Below are positions 25,935-39,849 of a stretch of DNA of 64,000 nt, piece after piece. The first letter of the stretch is position 1, and the number at the start of each line of letters is the position of its first letter. The DNA is from Octopus vulgaris. Lineage: Eukaryota. The notes below the pieces were generated by a model. That model worked only from the letters and a program-made list of their open reading frames with translations. It was not told the DNA's origin and made no database searches. Where the stretch lies: positions 37,324,001-37,388,000 of the forward strand of contig OX597819.1 in assembly GCA_951406725.2 (NCBI GenBank). The letters are read 5' to 3'. Position numbers and translations under genes: made by a program.

Positions 25935-26974
25935 ATGAATACCGTATTAGAAAGTACGACATTTTTATGTCTATAATATATTCTTGTTCACACTGATCAG
26001 TTATCGATCTTTGTCCATTTATAGGTCCATGTAATTCCTTCTTTTGAAGATGCTTGCATACATTGACCGTATTCCATTTACGAAAAAATAAAAGCGATCG
26101 CTTTTTATTTATTTATTTATTTGGTGTTTTTTTTTTGTTTTTTTTTTCTAATTGATTCCATTCGACGAGATTTGTTAGTTTCCTAGTACATGTATGTATA
26201 CAATGTTAATCAAGTTTGCAAATATTGACAAAAATAAACGACAAACAAAACAGATTTAAAATGTGATAGTAGAAGAGTGATGGTGTGGTGGAGGGGATGC
26301 CGTGAAAGATATAATACATTCTGATATTTGTGTTTGTAGGATATATTAATCAGTTCCTTCGAACAGGAACAAAATGTAAAATTGCATTCAAGGCGTTGCT
26401 CCAGTTATAACTTGGTCATCATAATAAAAACAAACAAAAGAACCAACGAACGTGATTTTAGTGAGGGAAAATAATTATTGGTTTTCTAATATAGGCTCCT
26501 TATTTTATTGATCCTGCAGAAGGATGGAAAGTACTTCTGACCTCTGCTGGATTTGAACTCAAGGCGTGAGAAAATTAATTATTGCCAATTAACAAAGAAA
26601 CTTAAAACGAAATTTTTTTTTAGTTCAATCCTAGTTTACAACTCACTAACATATCTTTGGACAATACCATCCTTTTCTTTTTCCCGTCGATACCACAAAG
26701 GTCAATACTCTTTGGAACCAGCTACCTCTAGTAACATCCCATTTTATGCTCCAGTTTCTTAGTGGTCACCTGTTCTGCTATATATATATATGGTAACTAG
26801 ATCTCCCTCAAAATCACACCCTACCATAATTATAAAAGAAAATGATACGCTTACTAATGTATTCCTAGAGGCAATGTGGGAGTAAAACGGGAAGATCGTG
26901 GTTGGAATGCCTATGAAGGCAGAACTACTCATTCAGAGCTGGTCCGGAACTAAACAACAATAATAGTAATAATT

Positions 26975-27186
26975 TTTTGCTACTATAGGCACAAGACCTG
27001 ACATTTTGGGAGTAGGGGTAAGTCGATCACATCGACCCCAGTACTCAACTAGTACTTAATTTATCGACCTCGAAAGGATGAAAGGCAAAGTCGATCTCGG
27101 TGGAATTTGAACTCAGAGCGTAGCGACAGACAAAATACTGCTAAGCATTTCGCCCGGCGTGCTAACGACTCTGCTATCTCGCCGCC
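26975..27186 (-). mobile_element. SINE family A
   Basis: Reverse match to the family head and core. Confidence 0.85.
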
Positions 27187-27468
27187 AACGTTATAATTTG
27201 CTAGAAAAAGAACAAAAATCAGTAATGATCGACATTAGCCGATGACTAAAACTCGACAATAAAATAAAACTAAAGAAATTTTCTTTCTTCCAGACTGAAA
27301 GATTACTTCGAAACAGTTTATATACTGAAGAAAATGCTGAACATTTCAGACGACCATTGTCTAGAAGAATAGTAGAGAACATAATTAACACTGATGATCT
27401 TGACTGAAAGTAATTATTCACTTTCGCATGCTTGCACCATAACAATTCATGATAAAAGTACAATTAAG

Positions 27469-27907
27469 GGATCTTTTCGGTTTGGACGGCAGTTTTTTCT
27501 AGCTGTATCATATGAAATTGTCACCCATAATTATGACCCTAGTATCGATCTATTGCATTTCAATCTCTTTTAGGGTTAGGGTTAGTTAGGGTTAGGATTA
27601 GGGTTAAGGGTGGGGGAAGGGTATCTTTTTTTCTTCACAAATGTAAATAAACCCAATATGTTTCTTAAACGAGAGACATATTCATACGGCACAGAATGTT
27701 TTTTACCTCAATAGATGTCACTGATTGGTTGAAATTGCAGAAACTTGAAGACAAAAAGCAATAAATATCTTACAAACTATAGAATTTTCTCAATAAAGCC
27801 AAGAGAAAAAGATGTTTTATAAACACATTCTACCAGTATACGAAATTTAAAATTTTTTAGTTACTTAGAAATTATGTTAAAAACCGCCGTTCAAACCGAA
27901 AAGATCC
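27469..27907 (+). mobile_element. TTAGGG-containing MITE
   Basis: TIRs and TSD CAATTAAG/CTATTAAG (7 of 8). Confidence 0.93.
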
Positions 27908-28566
27908 CTATTAAGTATTATGCATCGTTCGGATTACACTGTGTAACAACGGCTTTATTTATTTATTTATTTATTTTAGTCTTTGGTCAGTAAGTGTTAT
28001 TTCCTATTTGCTTCTAACTAGAAATCAAAGGAAATTACTGTTATCCCCTTCAGACTTTGCTTTTGTGACCTAGCCATTAATATTTTGAAACTGACCTATT
28101 TTCCATTGTTTTTCAGACACATTCAGCGTTGAGTTGCTGAAGCAGAAATATCGTTACAACAAATGTTCTGCTCAATATCATAGATTTACTTGCCAGTTAC
28201 TTGACTTTAATCACTTGATCATGTCTCTTAGTAGGTGACAATATGTGCATCTCTCATGATGAACGGGAGTAGTGAGGTGAGGAGCTCCATAGCCATGTGT
28301 TGAGAGAGTTGCTTTGAGGTTTGAATAAATGTAACAAAGCAAAGTTTGAAGGAAACAGTAATCATTTTTCATACTTTCTAGGGGCAAGTAAATAAGGAAT
28401 AACAGTTGCTACCCAAGGACAAAAATCATGTTACACAGTGTTATTTAATAAATAACGGTATGCTGTAATGAAGCAACGGGTTTGGTGAATCGCCAGACAT
28501 ATTTAGATGGGAAAATTTGGAGGTGTTGTATATACATGTATTATCGAAGCATTAGACAAGATTTTA

Positions 28567-29030
28567 AATAATAATAATGAAGTTATTGTATACAGTGCTC
28601 AGGTACACCACAACTTGTCAAAAGTGCGTATAAAGTATATGCAGTAATGTACAAATGTCTGGAAAGCGAACAGTGTAGGAGTCAGATACATGCTTGCGTG
28701 TGTATGGAGGGGAGAAAATCAGGTGTAGTGTTGGCGAATCTCAGGAAGCATGGAAGTTTTGAAGGAAGCAGTGCTCCGACAACTAACAACTGATGCCGGC
28801 AGTTTGTTCAGCAACTCTTAGCGTGAAAAAATGTTTCCGAAAGTCATGGGAGCTGTGCTGTTTTCTGACTTTGTAAACATGTCCATGGGTGTTAGACAGG
28901 TGGAGTTTGAAAAGGTGCTCAGAGTTATTGTTGGTAAGATGGTTAATATTTTAATGGGTGTCTGCCAAGTCAGCTGCCAGACGTCGGAATTTCAACGTAT
29001 CCGTGCCCAGGGAAGTAAGGCGTTCAGAAT
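28567..29030 (-). mobile_element. CR1-group LINE 3' end
   Basis: Reverse translation gives DLADTH..LFKLHLSNTHGHVYKVRKQHSSHDFRKHFFTLRVA. (TTA)n tail. Confidence 0.8.
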
Positions 29031-30360
29031 ATGGCAAATGCCTGATGGAGGGTGTTCTCTTGGTTGTCATCTTTGTATCTCGTATCCCACTAACTCATCT
29101 CGTAGATCTTATCTATTAATGGCGGCAACTGACTACAAACTATCTGTTATTATAGTTCCATACAGAAACAATATTTTACTGGTTAAACTACATTAGAGTT
29201 CAGCTAAGGCTGATTTTTACCGACCGTGATCTTTCCTTTTCTGGATTGTTGCGGGAATATTCAGCAATCGCCCGATATCATGATTTGTTGAGAACATTGC
29301 CCACGCGGCCAACAAAATCTGACCAATCACGACTTCGGATCAAATAGGCTCCAGCAATGAACTTTTTTTTTTTTTTTTTTTTTTTTTTGCTTTTGACGCA
29401 CTTCCTTTCTGACCCTCACGACCAGTATAAATTCAGTACGTCATGAACACTAGACAACGAGGTTTGAGATGAGGGAAAGATAACATTAACAGACAAAGCA
29501 GGAGTTGACCAACAGAGACAGAGTGCAACACAAAAGCAATGAACAGTCAGAGGACGAACGACACTAGAAGTCAGTAGTCGGCAAGCAACTAACCACACTT
29601 TAACTACACCAAGAACAAAAACTCTCTCGACGTTTTGTCGCTCATAGTAGCGACAACTGTCATTTCTTGTGTATGAAAAGAATATGTTGTTGTTTATCAA
29701 AATCTCAACAGACTCCAATGTTCCTCTCTGTACAGGATAACTAAAATGAAAGTTATCTCATCATTAATGAGCATGTAACGGTATTTTGGGTGGAGTCAGT
29801 GGTCACCAGTTGTAACGGTAAATGTAATGATATATGTTGGTGTGGGCAGTTACCAACAGATGTTGATGTTGCAGATGTGCAAGATGAAAAAAACAGTGAT
29901 CGAAGTTACTCTTTTACTTGCTTCAGTGTTTGTGTTCTTGTCATTGTGTATTGGTAAACCACAGATAGAGATAGGGTAATGTTGTTGAGAAAAGAAAGTG
30001 AACTAGTGAAAGTGAGATCGCGGTTGAACGAAACAATTGCTTCGTTGGTGAGTTTACCATAGTTGTTCCTCTTGCGCCAAAATTTGAAACGAATATTTCC
30101 ATCTGCTTTTATTCCGGAAAAACCGATATATCCACAGCATGTGTAATGCAGTAGTGTCAACTGACCGTAAAAATACAAAATTCTGCTAAGGAATATGACA
30201 CAAATAAGCGGGTAGCTTGCATTGAGATAAACGAAACATAGAATACTAAAATACTATACATTCTGCTTCTGATTGTATTTTGATACAGTGTTTGTTCTGA
30301 TACCTTGTTTTGACTTCCAATCCTGTCATCTATACCAATCTATGCGCGGAACCATCACTC

Positions 30361-30729
30361 AAATTGTCACCCATAATTATGACCCTAGTATCGATCTATT
30401 GCATTTCAATCTGTTTTAGGGTTAGGGTTAGGGGTGGGGGAAGGGTATCTCTTTTTCTTCACAAATGTAAATAAACCCAATCTGTTTCTTAAATGAGGGA
30501 CATATTCATACGGCACAGAATGTTTTTTACCTCAATGGACGTCAGTGATTGGTTGAAATTGCAGAAATTGAAGAAAAAAACAACAAATATCTTACAAACT
30601 ATAGAATTTTCTCAATAAAGCCAAGAGAAAAAGATGTTTTATAAACACATTCTACCAGTGTACGAAGTTTAAAATTTTTTAGTTACCTAGAAATTATGTT
30701 AAAAACTGCCGTTCAAACCGAAAATATCC
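30361..30729 (+). mobile_element. TTAGGG-containing MITE lacking its left TIR
   Basis: Begins at the internal AAATTGTCACCC. The right TIR is present. Confidence 0.92.
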
Positions 30730-32169
30730 AAATAAAGTACTGGTCAACACTATTCCAGCTAATTTTTTTTACTATTGGTGTACGCAGAAATTGTTTGCAA
30801 ATTTTGTGTTTCGTTATGAAGTGTATGCGCATCTATGCGCGGAACCATCACTCAAATTTCTTCAATTAAAAAAATCCGATTTCATCTTGAAAATCTTGTG
30901 TGCGCACATTTTTTTTCCTTTCGTGCGCTACTTGTGAAATCTACCCGCGCGCACAAGTATACAGCTTAAACAACACACTGCCAGCCATTTACTGGAGGCG
31001 ATATAATCGATTGGTTTCTCACCTCCAAAAGTCTGACCCGAGCATTTTCATCATTTTTAAAATCATTCAAATAACAAGGGGTTTGGTAATCTGGTAGTGC
31101 TTTGCAGGTTAACAAGCGTTCTATTAAAATACAATTCTATATTTCAGTACACTGTCCTATGCCCTATATTAACCAGTAAACGCCGTATATTCCATTAATT
31201 TGTATTATATAACACAAAATCTTTACAAAGTGTGAAATCTTAAAAGTAATATTCATTCAGATGAAAATAAAAATTTTATCTTAGAATTTCACTTTATTGA
31301 ATCTATGTCTAAGATTTCTTGCATGCAATCAATGCTAACTAATCAAAATTACATGCGTATTACTTGCAGAGTAAATAAAGTTTTCCGTTTAAAAAAGAAA
31401 TTTTTAAAAAAATATGTTCACATTTTTCTAATAATTTAAGCGCGATTTGAAAATTCTTTTAAAAGTTCTAAGATCCAGAAAGAACAAAATAATTTTTTTA
31501 ATATTTTTAAGCTTTCGCGATCTCCCCACTTCGTGATCTCCTCACTTCCGTTTCTACATTTTGATTCCCAAAAGTTGGCAACACTAATTTTTTTATGTGT
31601 GAGAATAGAAAATGTTGATTGAAAATAATAGTAACCCAAATCACAGAAAGTTTCTCACATAAGTCGTGATTAGAACATTTGTGCTATGACTCTCTAAGTT
31701 CAAGGTTATTCAAGTTCTTGAGGTTATGCTGATGACCTAGGACAGATACGGTATGTTGCCCTCTAACTTTTTTTCTCGAGAAATTGTCCAACAGCAGAGT
31801 ATGATATTTCTGATATAGCATGTTTGCAGTTAAAAATAAAGATTAGTTACCAGCATTGACCACCCAAAATTACTCACGTGAGCCCCATTACGTTGCTCTA
31901 TTTACCGACTTTACGATAATTCATCAGCGAGTCAAACCGAAACTAATGTAGTGAATCAAGATATAATTATATTTCCACAAGAGATAGAGCGTCTAGCAGT
32001 CGCGTCCCCGTATATTTAAAGTGCTTTCTTTCATATTTAGTGACACAAAAGTGTAGTTTACTATCATTAAAAGGTCAGCAAGCCGTACTACTATAGTAAC
32101 CCAGGTATGTTACGATTACTATTTCCCGCCATTTAATCAACTTATATATTTGCGCTAAACTAACCCTTT

Positions 32170-33720
32170 CTGGAATATTTAGAATAAATAGTGCGGGTCA
32201 AAGATGTTCCAGCTGTGTCCAAACTATATTTTGTACATCAGAGATGGGGTTTCCTTCCCAGTCTACTTGAAACTGGTCTTTGATTCCTGTTTTCAAAATC
32301 TTTGATGAACGTTCTATTCTTCGTAACTACCGTCCAATCAGTCTTCTTCCTACAGATCTTTTCTTTAATCGATTAGGTTCTTGTCTTGTACATAGATTCA
32401 CACGATCTGTTTTCATACTTCGCACTCCATTACTGTGGAGGCACATGGCCTAGTGGTTAGAGCAGCGGACTCGCGGTCGAGGGATCGTGGGTTCGAATCT
32501 CAGACCGGGCGATGTGTGTGTTTATGAGCGAAACACCTAAGCTCCACACGGCTCCGGCAGAAGGTAATGGCGAAACTTCTGCTGACTCTTTCGCCACAAC
32601 TTTCTCTCACTCTTTCCTCCTGCATCTTGCAGCTCACCTGCAACGGACCGGCGTCCCGTCCAGGTGGGGAACCTACATGCCAAGAAACCGGGAAACCGGC
32701 CCTTACGAACCAGGCATGACTCGCGAAGGAACAAACAACTCCATTACTGATCGGCTGTGATAAGCGAATGATTCTATCGTATTTTAGACAATTGTTGCCC
32801 GTAACATATCGAAAATATCTAACAAGGTTTGGCATAATAGTCTCCTCCATAAGCTTAAGTCATATGGAATTTATGAGCGGATCCTTGAGATTCTAGAATG
32901 TAACATTGAAGTTCTAAATGACCTCCGTTCTTCTACTTACTGCATCTCATCTGGTGTTTCTTAAGCTTTATTCTTGGTCCAATCTTGTTTTCATTTTTTA
33001 TTAGCGATCTTCCGGATAGCACATCTAACCTTGCTGTCTTTGCTGGTGACTATTCTTTGTGTCGAGAAAGAAGAGTCTGATTTGTCTCATTATGTGAAAA
33101 TGGTTGCTTTTCTTGAGCTTGGCCTGTATTCAATCGGGTGCTCATTAATAACTTTTAACTCAATAGAAACTTCTTTTTATTAATTGTTACAGGAATTCGG
33201 ATGTTATTCCTAGTTCTATATCTGATACTGCTTTTCTTGAATCTTCTAGGCTTAACTTTTTCTTAAGATCCTTCTTAAAATGGTTACATTAGATCTATTC
33301 CAAATCAATGGCTATGTAGGTAGGCTTTTTTTTTATATATATATATCGAGTATTTGTCATTATCTTTCCTCCGAATGAATTCTTCATTTTTACAAGACTC
33401 TTCTTCGCTCTTATTATTACATCTAAACTAGTGCCTTGCTGATATTTTCCATTCCTTGATCGAGTCCAAAAACGAGTTTTTTTGATTGTTGGTTCTATTT
33501 CTGAGCTAAACTTCAGCCCTTTTAAAGCTAAGACATCGTTTTTTTTTGTTGTTTTTTTTTTAATTTCTGTTCCAAATATACAGCTATGATCATTCTTCTG
33601 CATTCTCTTAAAATTATGTATCGGGTGATTTGTCTTTCTACTAATTCTCAGCCTTTGACTATTGTCGTTCCCCCTGGTAAAAAGCCTTTCTGCTCTTGTA
33701 GTTTCTTTTCCTCGAATACC
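32170..33720 (+). mobile_element. Degraded CR1/Jockey-group LINE RT relic
   Basis: IPVFK..NYRPISLLP and KVWH.SLLHKLKSYGI. Split by a SINE. Confidence 0.75.
32436..32737 (+). mobile_element. tRNA-derived SINE family B, full length
   Basis: A box TGGCCTAGTGG, B box GGTTCGAATCT, 12-bp TSD ACTCCATTACTG (32424-32435, 32738-32749) and an (AAC)-like tail. Confidence 0.93.
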
Positions 33721-34024
33721 TGTCATGGGGTTGATTTCACTTTTTACCCTTCGAGAGTTGATAAAGTAAGTACCAGTCAAGTGTTGGGATCGATTTACTT
33801 AACTAACCTTTCCCACAAAATTTGTCGCCCTACGCCTGAGTCCAAATCCCGTGCGAGTCGACCCTGTCTTTCATCCTTCTGGCGTTAATAAAAATAAAAT
33901 AGCAGACAAGAATTGGAGTTGATTTAATTAGCTTATCTCTTCTAACTTGGCTTAGTACTTAAGTAGAAAACTATCAGACAGCATTAAATTAGCAGAATCG
34001 TCAGAACGTCGGACAAAAGACTTT

Positions 34025-34402
34025 GCTGTTTCTGTTGAGCGAACGGTCTTCGTCCCAGAGCTCGCAAGATTAGAGAAGTCCGAAACGTGGTCCTTTGCTA
34101 TTCGTAAGACCCGCAGAAGAGAAAGCGGGTCAAACCCCGACACCGAGAGCATCGACGGATGAATGAATGCGCATCCAGGATCAGCGGTTACGTAGGAAGT
34201 CGGGGACAAGAAACAGGAAGAAAGAGTGAGAGAAAGTTGTAGCGAAAGAGTACAACAGGGGTCGCTACCACCCCCTGCCGGAGCCTCGTGGAGCTTTAGG
34301 TGTTTTCGCTCAATAAATACACACAAAGCCCGGTCTGGGAATCGAAACCGTGATCCTCCGACCGCGAGTCCGCTGCCCTAACAATTGGGCCATTGCGCCT
34401 CC
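34025..34402 (-). mobile_element. tRNA-derived SINE with family-B-like head and a different tail
   Basis: Reverse-strand head GGAGGCGCAATGGCCCAATTGTTAGGGCAGCGGACTCGCGG..GGTTTCGATTCCC. Flanked by TTGCTGT direct repeats. Confidence 0.8.
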
Positions 34403-35330
34403 TTGCTGTCTGTGTTCCTCGACTGGTCTAGGAATATTAGTGTACTTACTGTTTTCGGGATCCAATTTTTTTTTTCAATGTTATAAATGTGTGATTGCCT
34501 TGGGAGATCGTTAGATATTATTGATTTCTTTTATATAGGTACAATGACGACTTTTACAGAAATGCGGAATTGATTTCATTGACTCACCAACTGAATTGCA
34601 AAAAAAAATAATAAGTACGACGTTGAGGAACATCTCTTTGCTTTTAGCGGCCAGGAGTCTGCATAACTGTTGAAAATTTAATTAATTCACAGTACTGAAA
34701 GCAAATACTTCCCTGAACCATACCTACGATCGTCAGTCTTCTTAGAAGAGCTTGGATCAAATCCAACAATCTCATATTGGAACACACCACTAAAACCTAG
34801 GGCGGTGGTTCTCAATATTTCATAGCTCACCCTCTTCCTTTCACTAAATGGCATTAAAAAAAAAAAGGCAGATTAATCCAACAGAAGCAGAAGCAAATTT
34901 TACACACCAGTTTTACTTATACCCTCCTATATAGCAGGTATTTATGTATCTCGTTTTGGATATTTGCAACAACTACCGAAAAGAATAACATCAATAACAA
35001 CAACAACCCGATCGCATTTACTTGTTGACATGAACGGAAACCATTTATTTTCGTACAATGTTTATAGCGTTGTTGCAGCCATAGTTTATGGCGTTGTTAT
35101 GACAACGGTTTAAGTTATTGCAGTGGTTGCAACTAATTAGTGCATCATCTGGCAATCGAGGACACCCCGACCTCGAAGACACTCCCTAACTTTGACTTGA
35201 AAATGTTGATTTAAAAAAAAAGAAGATAAACATAAAACAAGATCCCCACTCTTTGTCATACTTTACGGAAATGTTTTGTAATTGCCTAAGATATGTAATG
35301 GTAAGAGGCAGGGGTGGCGTTACGTTCAGG

Positions 35331-35635
35331 GGATCTTTTCGGTTTGAACGGCAGTTTTATCTAGCGGTGTCATATGAAATTGTCACCCATAATTATGACC
35401 CTAGTATCGATCTATTGCATTTCAATCTGTTTTAAGGTTAAGGTTAGTTAGGGTTAGGGTTAGAGGTGGGGGAAGGGTATCTTTTTTTTCTTCACAAATG
35501 TAAATAAACCCAATCTGTTTCTTAAACGAGGGACATATTCATACGGCACAGAATGGGGTTTTTTTACCTCAATACACGTCACTGATTGGTTGAAATTGCA
35601 GAAATTGAAAAAGAAAAAACAACAAATATCTTACA
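35331..35635 (+). mobile_element. TTAGGG-containing MITE, right-truncated
   Basis: Left TIR present. Homology stops after CAAATATCTTACA. Confidence 0.9.
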
Positions 35636-35693
35636 GTATATTTTATAGTATAGAAAGTTTAGCTTAGGTAATCCTCTTTTGAAATTAAAACTG

Positions 35694-36118
35694 GGATCTT
35701 TTCGGTTTGACCGCCAGTTTTTAAAAACAATTTCCACGTAACTAAACACTTTTAAACTTCGTATACTGGTAGAATGTGTTTATAAAATATATTTTTCTCT
35801 TGGCTTTATTGAGAAAATTCTATAGTTTGTAAGATATTTGTTGTTTTTTTCTTCAATTTCTGCAATTTCAACCAATCAATGACGTCTATTGAGGTGAAAA
35901 CATTCTGTGCCGTATGAATATGTCCCTCGTTTAAGAAACATATTGGGTTTGTTTACATTTGTGAAGAAAAAAAGATACCCTTCCCCCCACCCTAACCCTA
36001 ACTAACCCTAACCCTAAAATAGATAGAAATGCAATAGATCGATACTAGGGTCATAATTATGGGTGACGATTTCATATGACACCGCTAGAAAAAACTGCTG
36101 TTCAAACCGAAAAGATCC
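35694..36118 (-). mobile_element. TTAGGG-containing MITE
   Basis: TIRs and 8-bp TSD TAAAACTG. Confidence 0.95.
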
Positions 36119-36127
36119 TAAAACTGG

Positions 36128-36304
36128 CACGTGAAGAATCCATCGGGCCATGGATCATTTGGTACCGGGCCGTGCAAATCATTTGATACAGGGCCGCACT
36201 TTACTGTGTTTTGTTATGCGTGTGATCTCACAGTCTGTGGGAAAATTGTCTTGCACCGGTCCGAAGTGCAAAAGAAAAAAAAAAAAAACGATTGGGAACC
36301 GCTG
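36128..36304 (+). mobile_element. hAT/Charlie-like terminal fragment
   Basis: Ends TTGGGAACCGCTG followed by CTCTAG, a Charlie-type TIR and target motif. Has GGGCC subterminal repeats. Confidence 0.5.
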
Positions 36305-36656
36305 CTCTAGGATACAGTGTATATTTTCGAGGCTTCTCTTAGGGGGAAAAATTGTTCCCTGAGTGTCGGGTGAAACAGCGATTACATTATAATGTAATTT
36401 TAACAGAAAATTTACGAGGTAAAAAAAACGAATAGATGCTATTATTTCAGTCATTCATATTTAACCATACAGAATTTGCGTATTTGAAAAATTCAAACCG
36501 GTGTGGCCATGTGGTATGAAGATTACTTCCCAATCACATGATTCCGAGTTCAGCCCCGCTGCGTAGCACCATGGGTAAGTGTCTTCCACTATAGCCTCGG
36601 GCTGACCAAAGCCTTGCAAGTGGATTTGGTGGACAGAAACTGGAAGAAGTGCGTCG

Positions 36657-36730
<74 letters not shown>

Positions 36731-37589
36731 CGTGCGTGTGATTGTGTGTGAAGGCGCGCATCTTTGTGTCACGACGACCGGTGTTGGTGTGTTTACGCCC
36801 TCGTCTCTTACTGGTTCGGCGAAAGAGACCTATAGACCAAGTTTCACGCTGGAGTCAATTCATCCGATTAAAATTCTTCAATGCAATGCCCCAGCAGGGC
36901 CGCCGTTCAATGACTGAAACAAGTAACAGATTAAAGATGGTTTCAAATTAGTAACAAGTTCCGAATTCATAACAACCACACTAAGTGAAACTTCAGATTT
37001 ACGGCACTTTCGAAAATTGGCCCTCACTAAAGAAAACGTGTTGAAGTTGATTTTGCTGCTTCCGACCTGTCATGCATTTCTATTCCTTATTTTCTGTACC
37101 AACTTCATTTATATAATAAAATGCATTAACCAAATTTATTTATGTAATTATATGCGTTGAAATACAGAAAAGAAAGTAAGAAAGACGAAAATAAAGACCT
37201 TCCTTGACAACGGAAAAATCGCATTAATGGCATCTCAAATATCCGATGCTTTGCCGTTATTTGGAAAGCTTACTGCTGATATTTACCGAAATGAAAATTG
37301 TATGAATGAATGAAGGAAGAAAGGAGAAATACAAGGAAGCGATCAATTATTAAATAACAATAAAACCAGTTGGTTTGATTATCATCCTTAACTGCAAGAA
37401 AGACTTACATGGGCCTAATTTCGCCCAGAGACAAAGTGCATATTTATATGAGTTCGTCGTATATATATTTCTAAGCCATTTTCTTTCAGTGCTACTTCAG
37501 TAATTGCAGACTTATACAGGTGTTGCTATTGGGTTACGAAGATTTTTGTGGAAGTCTGTGATAGTTGATCGCTTTAAGAAACGACAGCA

Positions 37590-37628
<39 letters not shown>

Positions 37629-37783
37629 GCACACACACATACATAAACTCGCGCGCTCACTCACTTTTGTGTACAGCTGATTGAGGAGGTGTCGTATGGA
37701 AATTAGGAAAAAATTGCGCTACGCATTGTATTCTGTAGTAATAAAATGTTCGCACTAACATTCCCAAGAAAAGTTCAGCCTTC

Positions 37784-37873
<90 letters not shown>

Positions 37874-37943
37874 TGTATGTTGGTGTGAGGGAGCGTATGT
37901 TTGTATATGTGTATATTTATGTATATGTATATTTATGTTTAAG

Positions 37944-38088
<145 letters not shown>

Positions 38089-38218
38089 CTACATACACGC
38101 ACATTTATATATCATATACATAATAAACACCGTATATCTATATCCAATACATACAATATACACATATGCATATATATATATATGTATATATATTTATATA
38201 TATACATACATACATATA

Positions 38219-38263
<45 letters not shown>

Positions 38264-38329
38264 ATATATGTTCATGTATAATATACATATATATATATAT
38301 GCATTCATGTGTGTGTGTATTTATGTATG

Positions 38330-38368
<39 letters not shown>

Positions 38369-38707
38369 ACACACATACACACGCGCGCGCACCAATTCTT
38401 CTCATAGCACACGCACGAGCGCTGCATGGTACAGAGCCAGCTGTGGTAGGCTTGGATGAAGTGATTAACAACTACAGAGACAAAATAGAAACAGTCAATA
38501 AGAAGGGTTATTTCGATCGTATGATAACTACATATAGCGCTGGACAGCTTTAATTGAAAGAACTGCTAATAATAAATAATAAAGACCATGCGTATATTTC
38601 GCCAACAGCAGAAGTGACTATCATTATTTTTGTCCTTGTATGCGAGATGGGAAATCTCTTAACACGTTTATGATGCATGAATTAGAATGTAGATTCTGCA
38701 TATATGT

Positions 38708-38746
<39 letters not shown>

Positions 38747-38793
38747 TATGTATGCACATAGGTGTGTGTGTGTATACACATGGAAGTGCATGT

Positions 38794-38842
<49 letters not shown>

Positions 38843-39258
38843 AAAACAGTTTGAATCGGTTCTATGCGACTTAAAGTTTCCCGGGCTTCTAACAGAAACC
38901 CATCTCTTTCAGGCTTTAGATTACCGACTTTAATTTGCATGGAACTGTTTTAAATAATACATGTAACTCCTACTAAATGTGTTGAAAACCCTTTTCTTTT
39001 GTTTGTTCTCTCATTCGTGTGTATGTGTGCGTGTGTGCGTGCTTCAGTTGCATGCAGAATTTTCTAATATTCTACGTATCAAAGGCTATAAATTTCATCC
39101 AGGCATATCGCTTCGAGTACGGACCATTGACAAGATTCAATAAGATCGAAATGCAATATGGTGTTCTCGTAAGGAACCGCAGTATCTTGCCTTTCTTTTA
39201 ATTTAATACTACTTCATTTGCCTACGCCGAGTGTGTGTGTGCGCGCGCGCGTGTGTAG

Positions 39259-39330
<72 letters not shown>

Positions 39331-39449
39331 CTACATACACGCACATTTATATATCATATACATAATAAACACAGTATATCTATATCCAATACATACAATA
39401 TACACATATGCATATATATATATGTATACATACATATATATATATATAT

Positions 39450-39529
<80 letters not shown>

Positions 39530-39849
39530 CACAGTGTGTTCGAGCAATATTTGACGGCTTTTTGTTGTTTTTTTTTCAGGAACAGTCTGATGTACTGATG
39601 AAGAGTCAACGGCGTTGGAGAGCATAAAGATTAAAGTTGTAACTAAGAAAACTTAGCTGACATGGCGGACTGGAAACCATCTGAATATTAGAAAAGGGTT
39701 ACTTGTATCATGATGATTCGCTCTGAGTATCAAAATGCCGACAAATTGACTCCTGCTTAATGTTCTTTGAAACAATGTAAAGGCTGCAAGACGTAACGTG
39801 GACATCTGCAACAGAAACTACGAAACCGTGGCCAGTAGGAAGGACCACA

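Noticed and set aside
29400-30300. Gypsy LTR/PBS/gag relic (TGGTGACC on the minus strand at ~29801-29808)
   Set aside because: No LTR pair or recognisable protein motif was found.
31722-31745. CTGATGA hits here and at ~39595 and ~41890
   Set aside because: There is no stem II plus GAAA downstream. The one here reads YADDL and may be an isolated RT remnant.
32436-32512. tRNA gene
   Set aside because: It is the tRNA-derived head of a multi-copy SINE bounded by a TSD.
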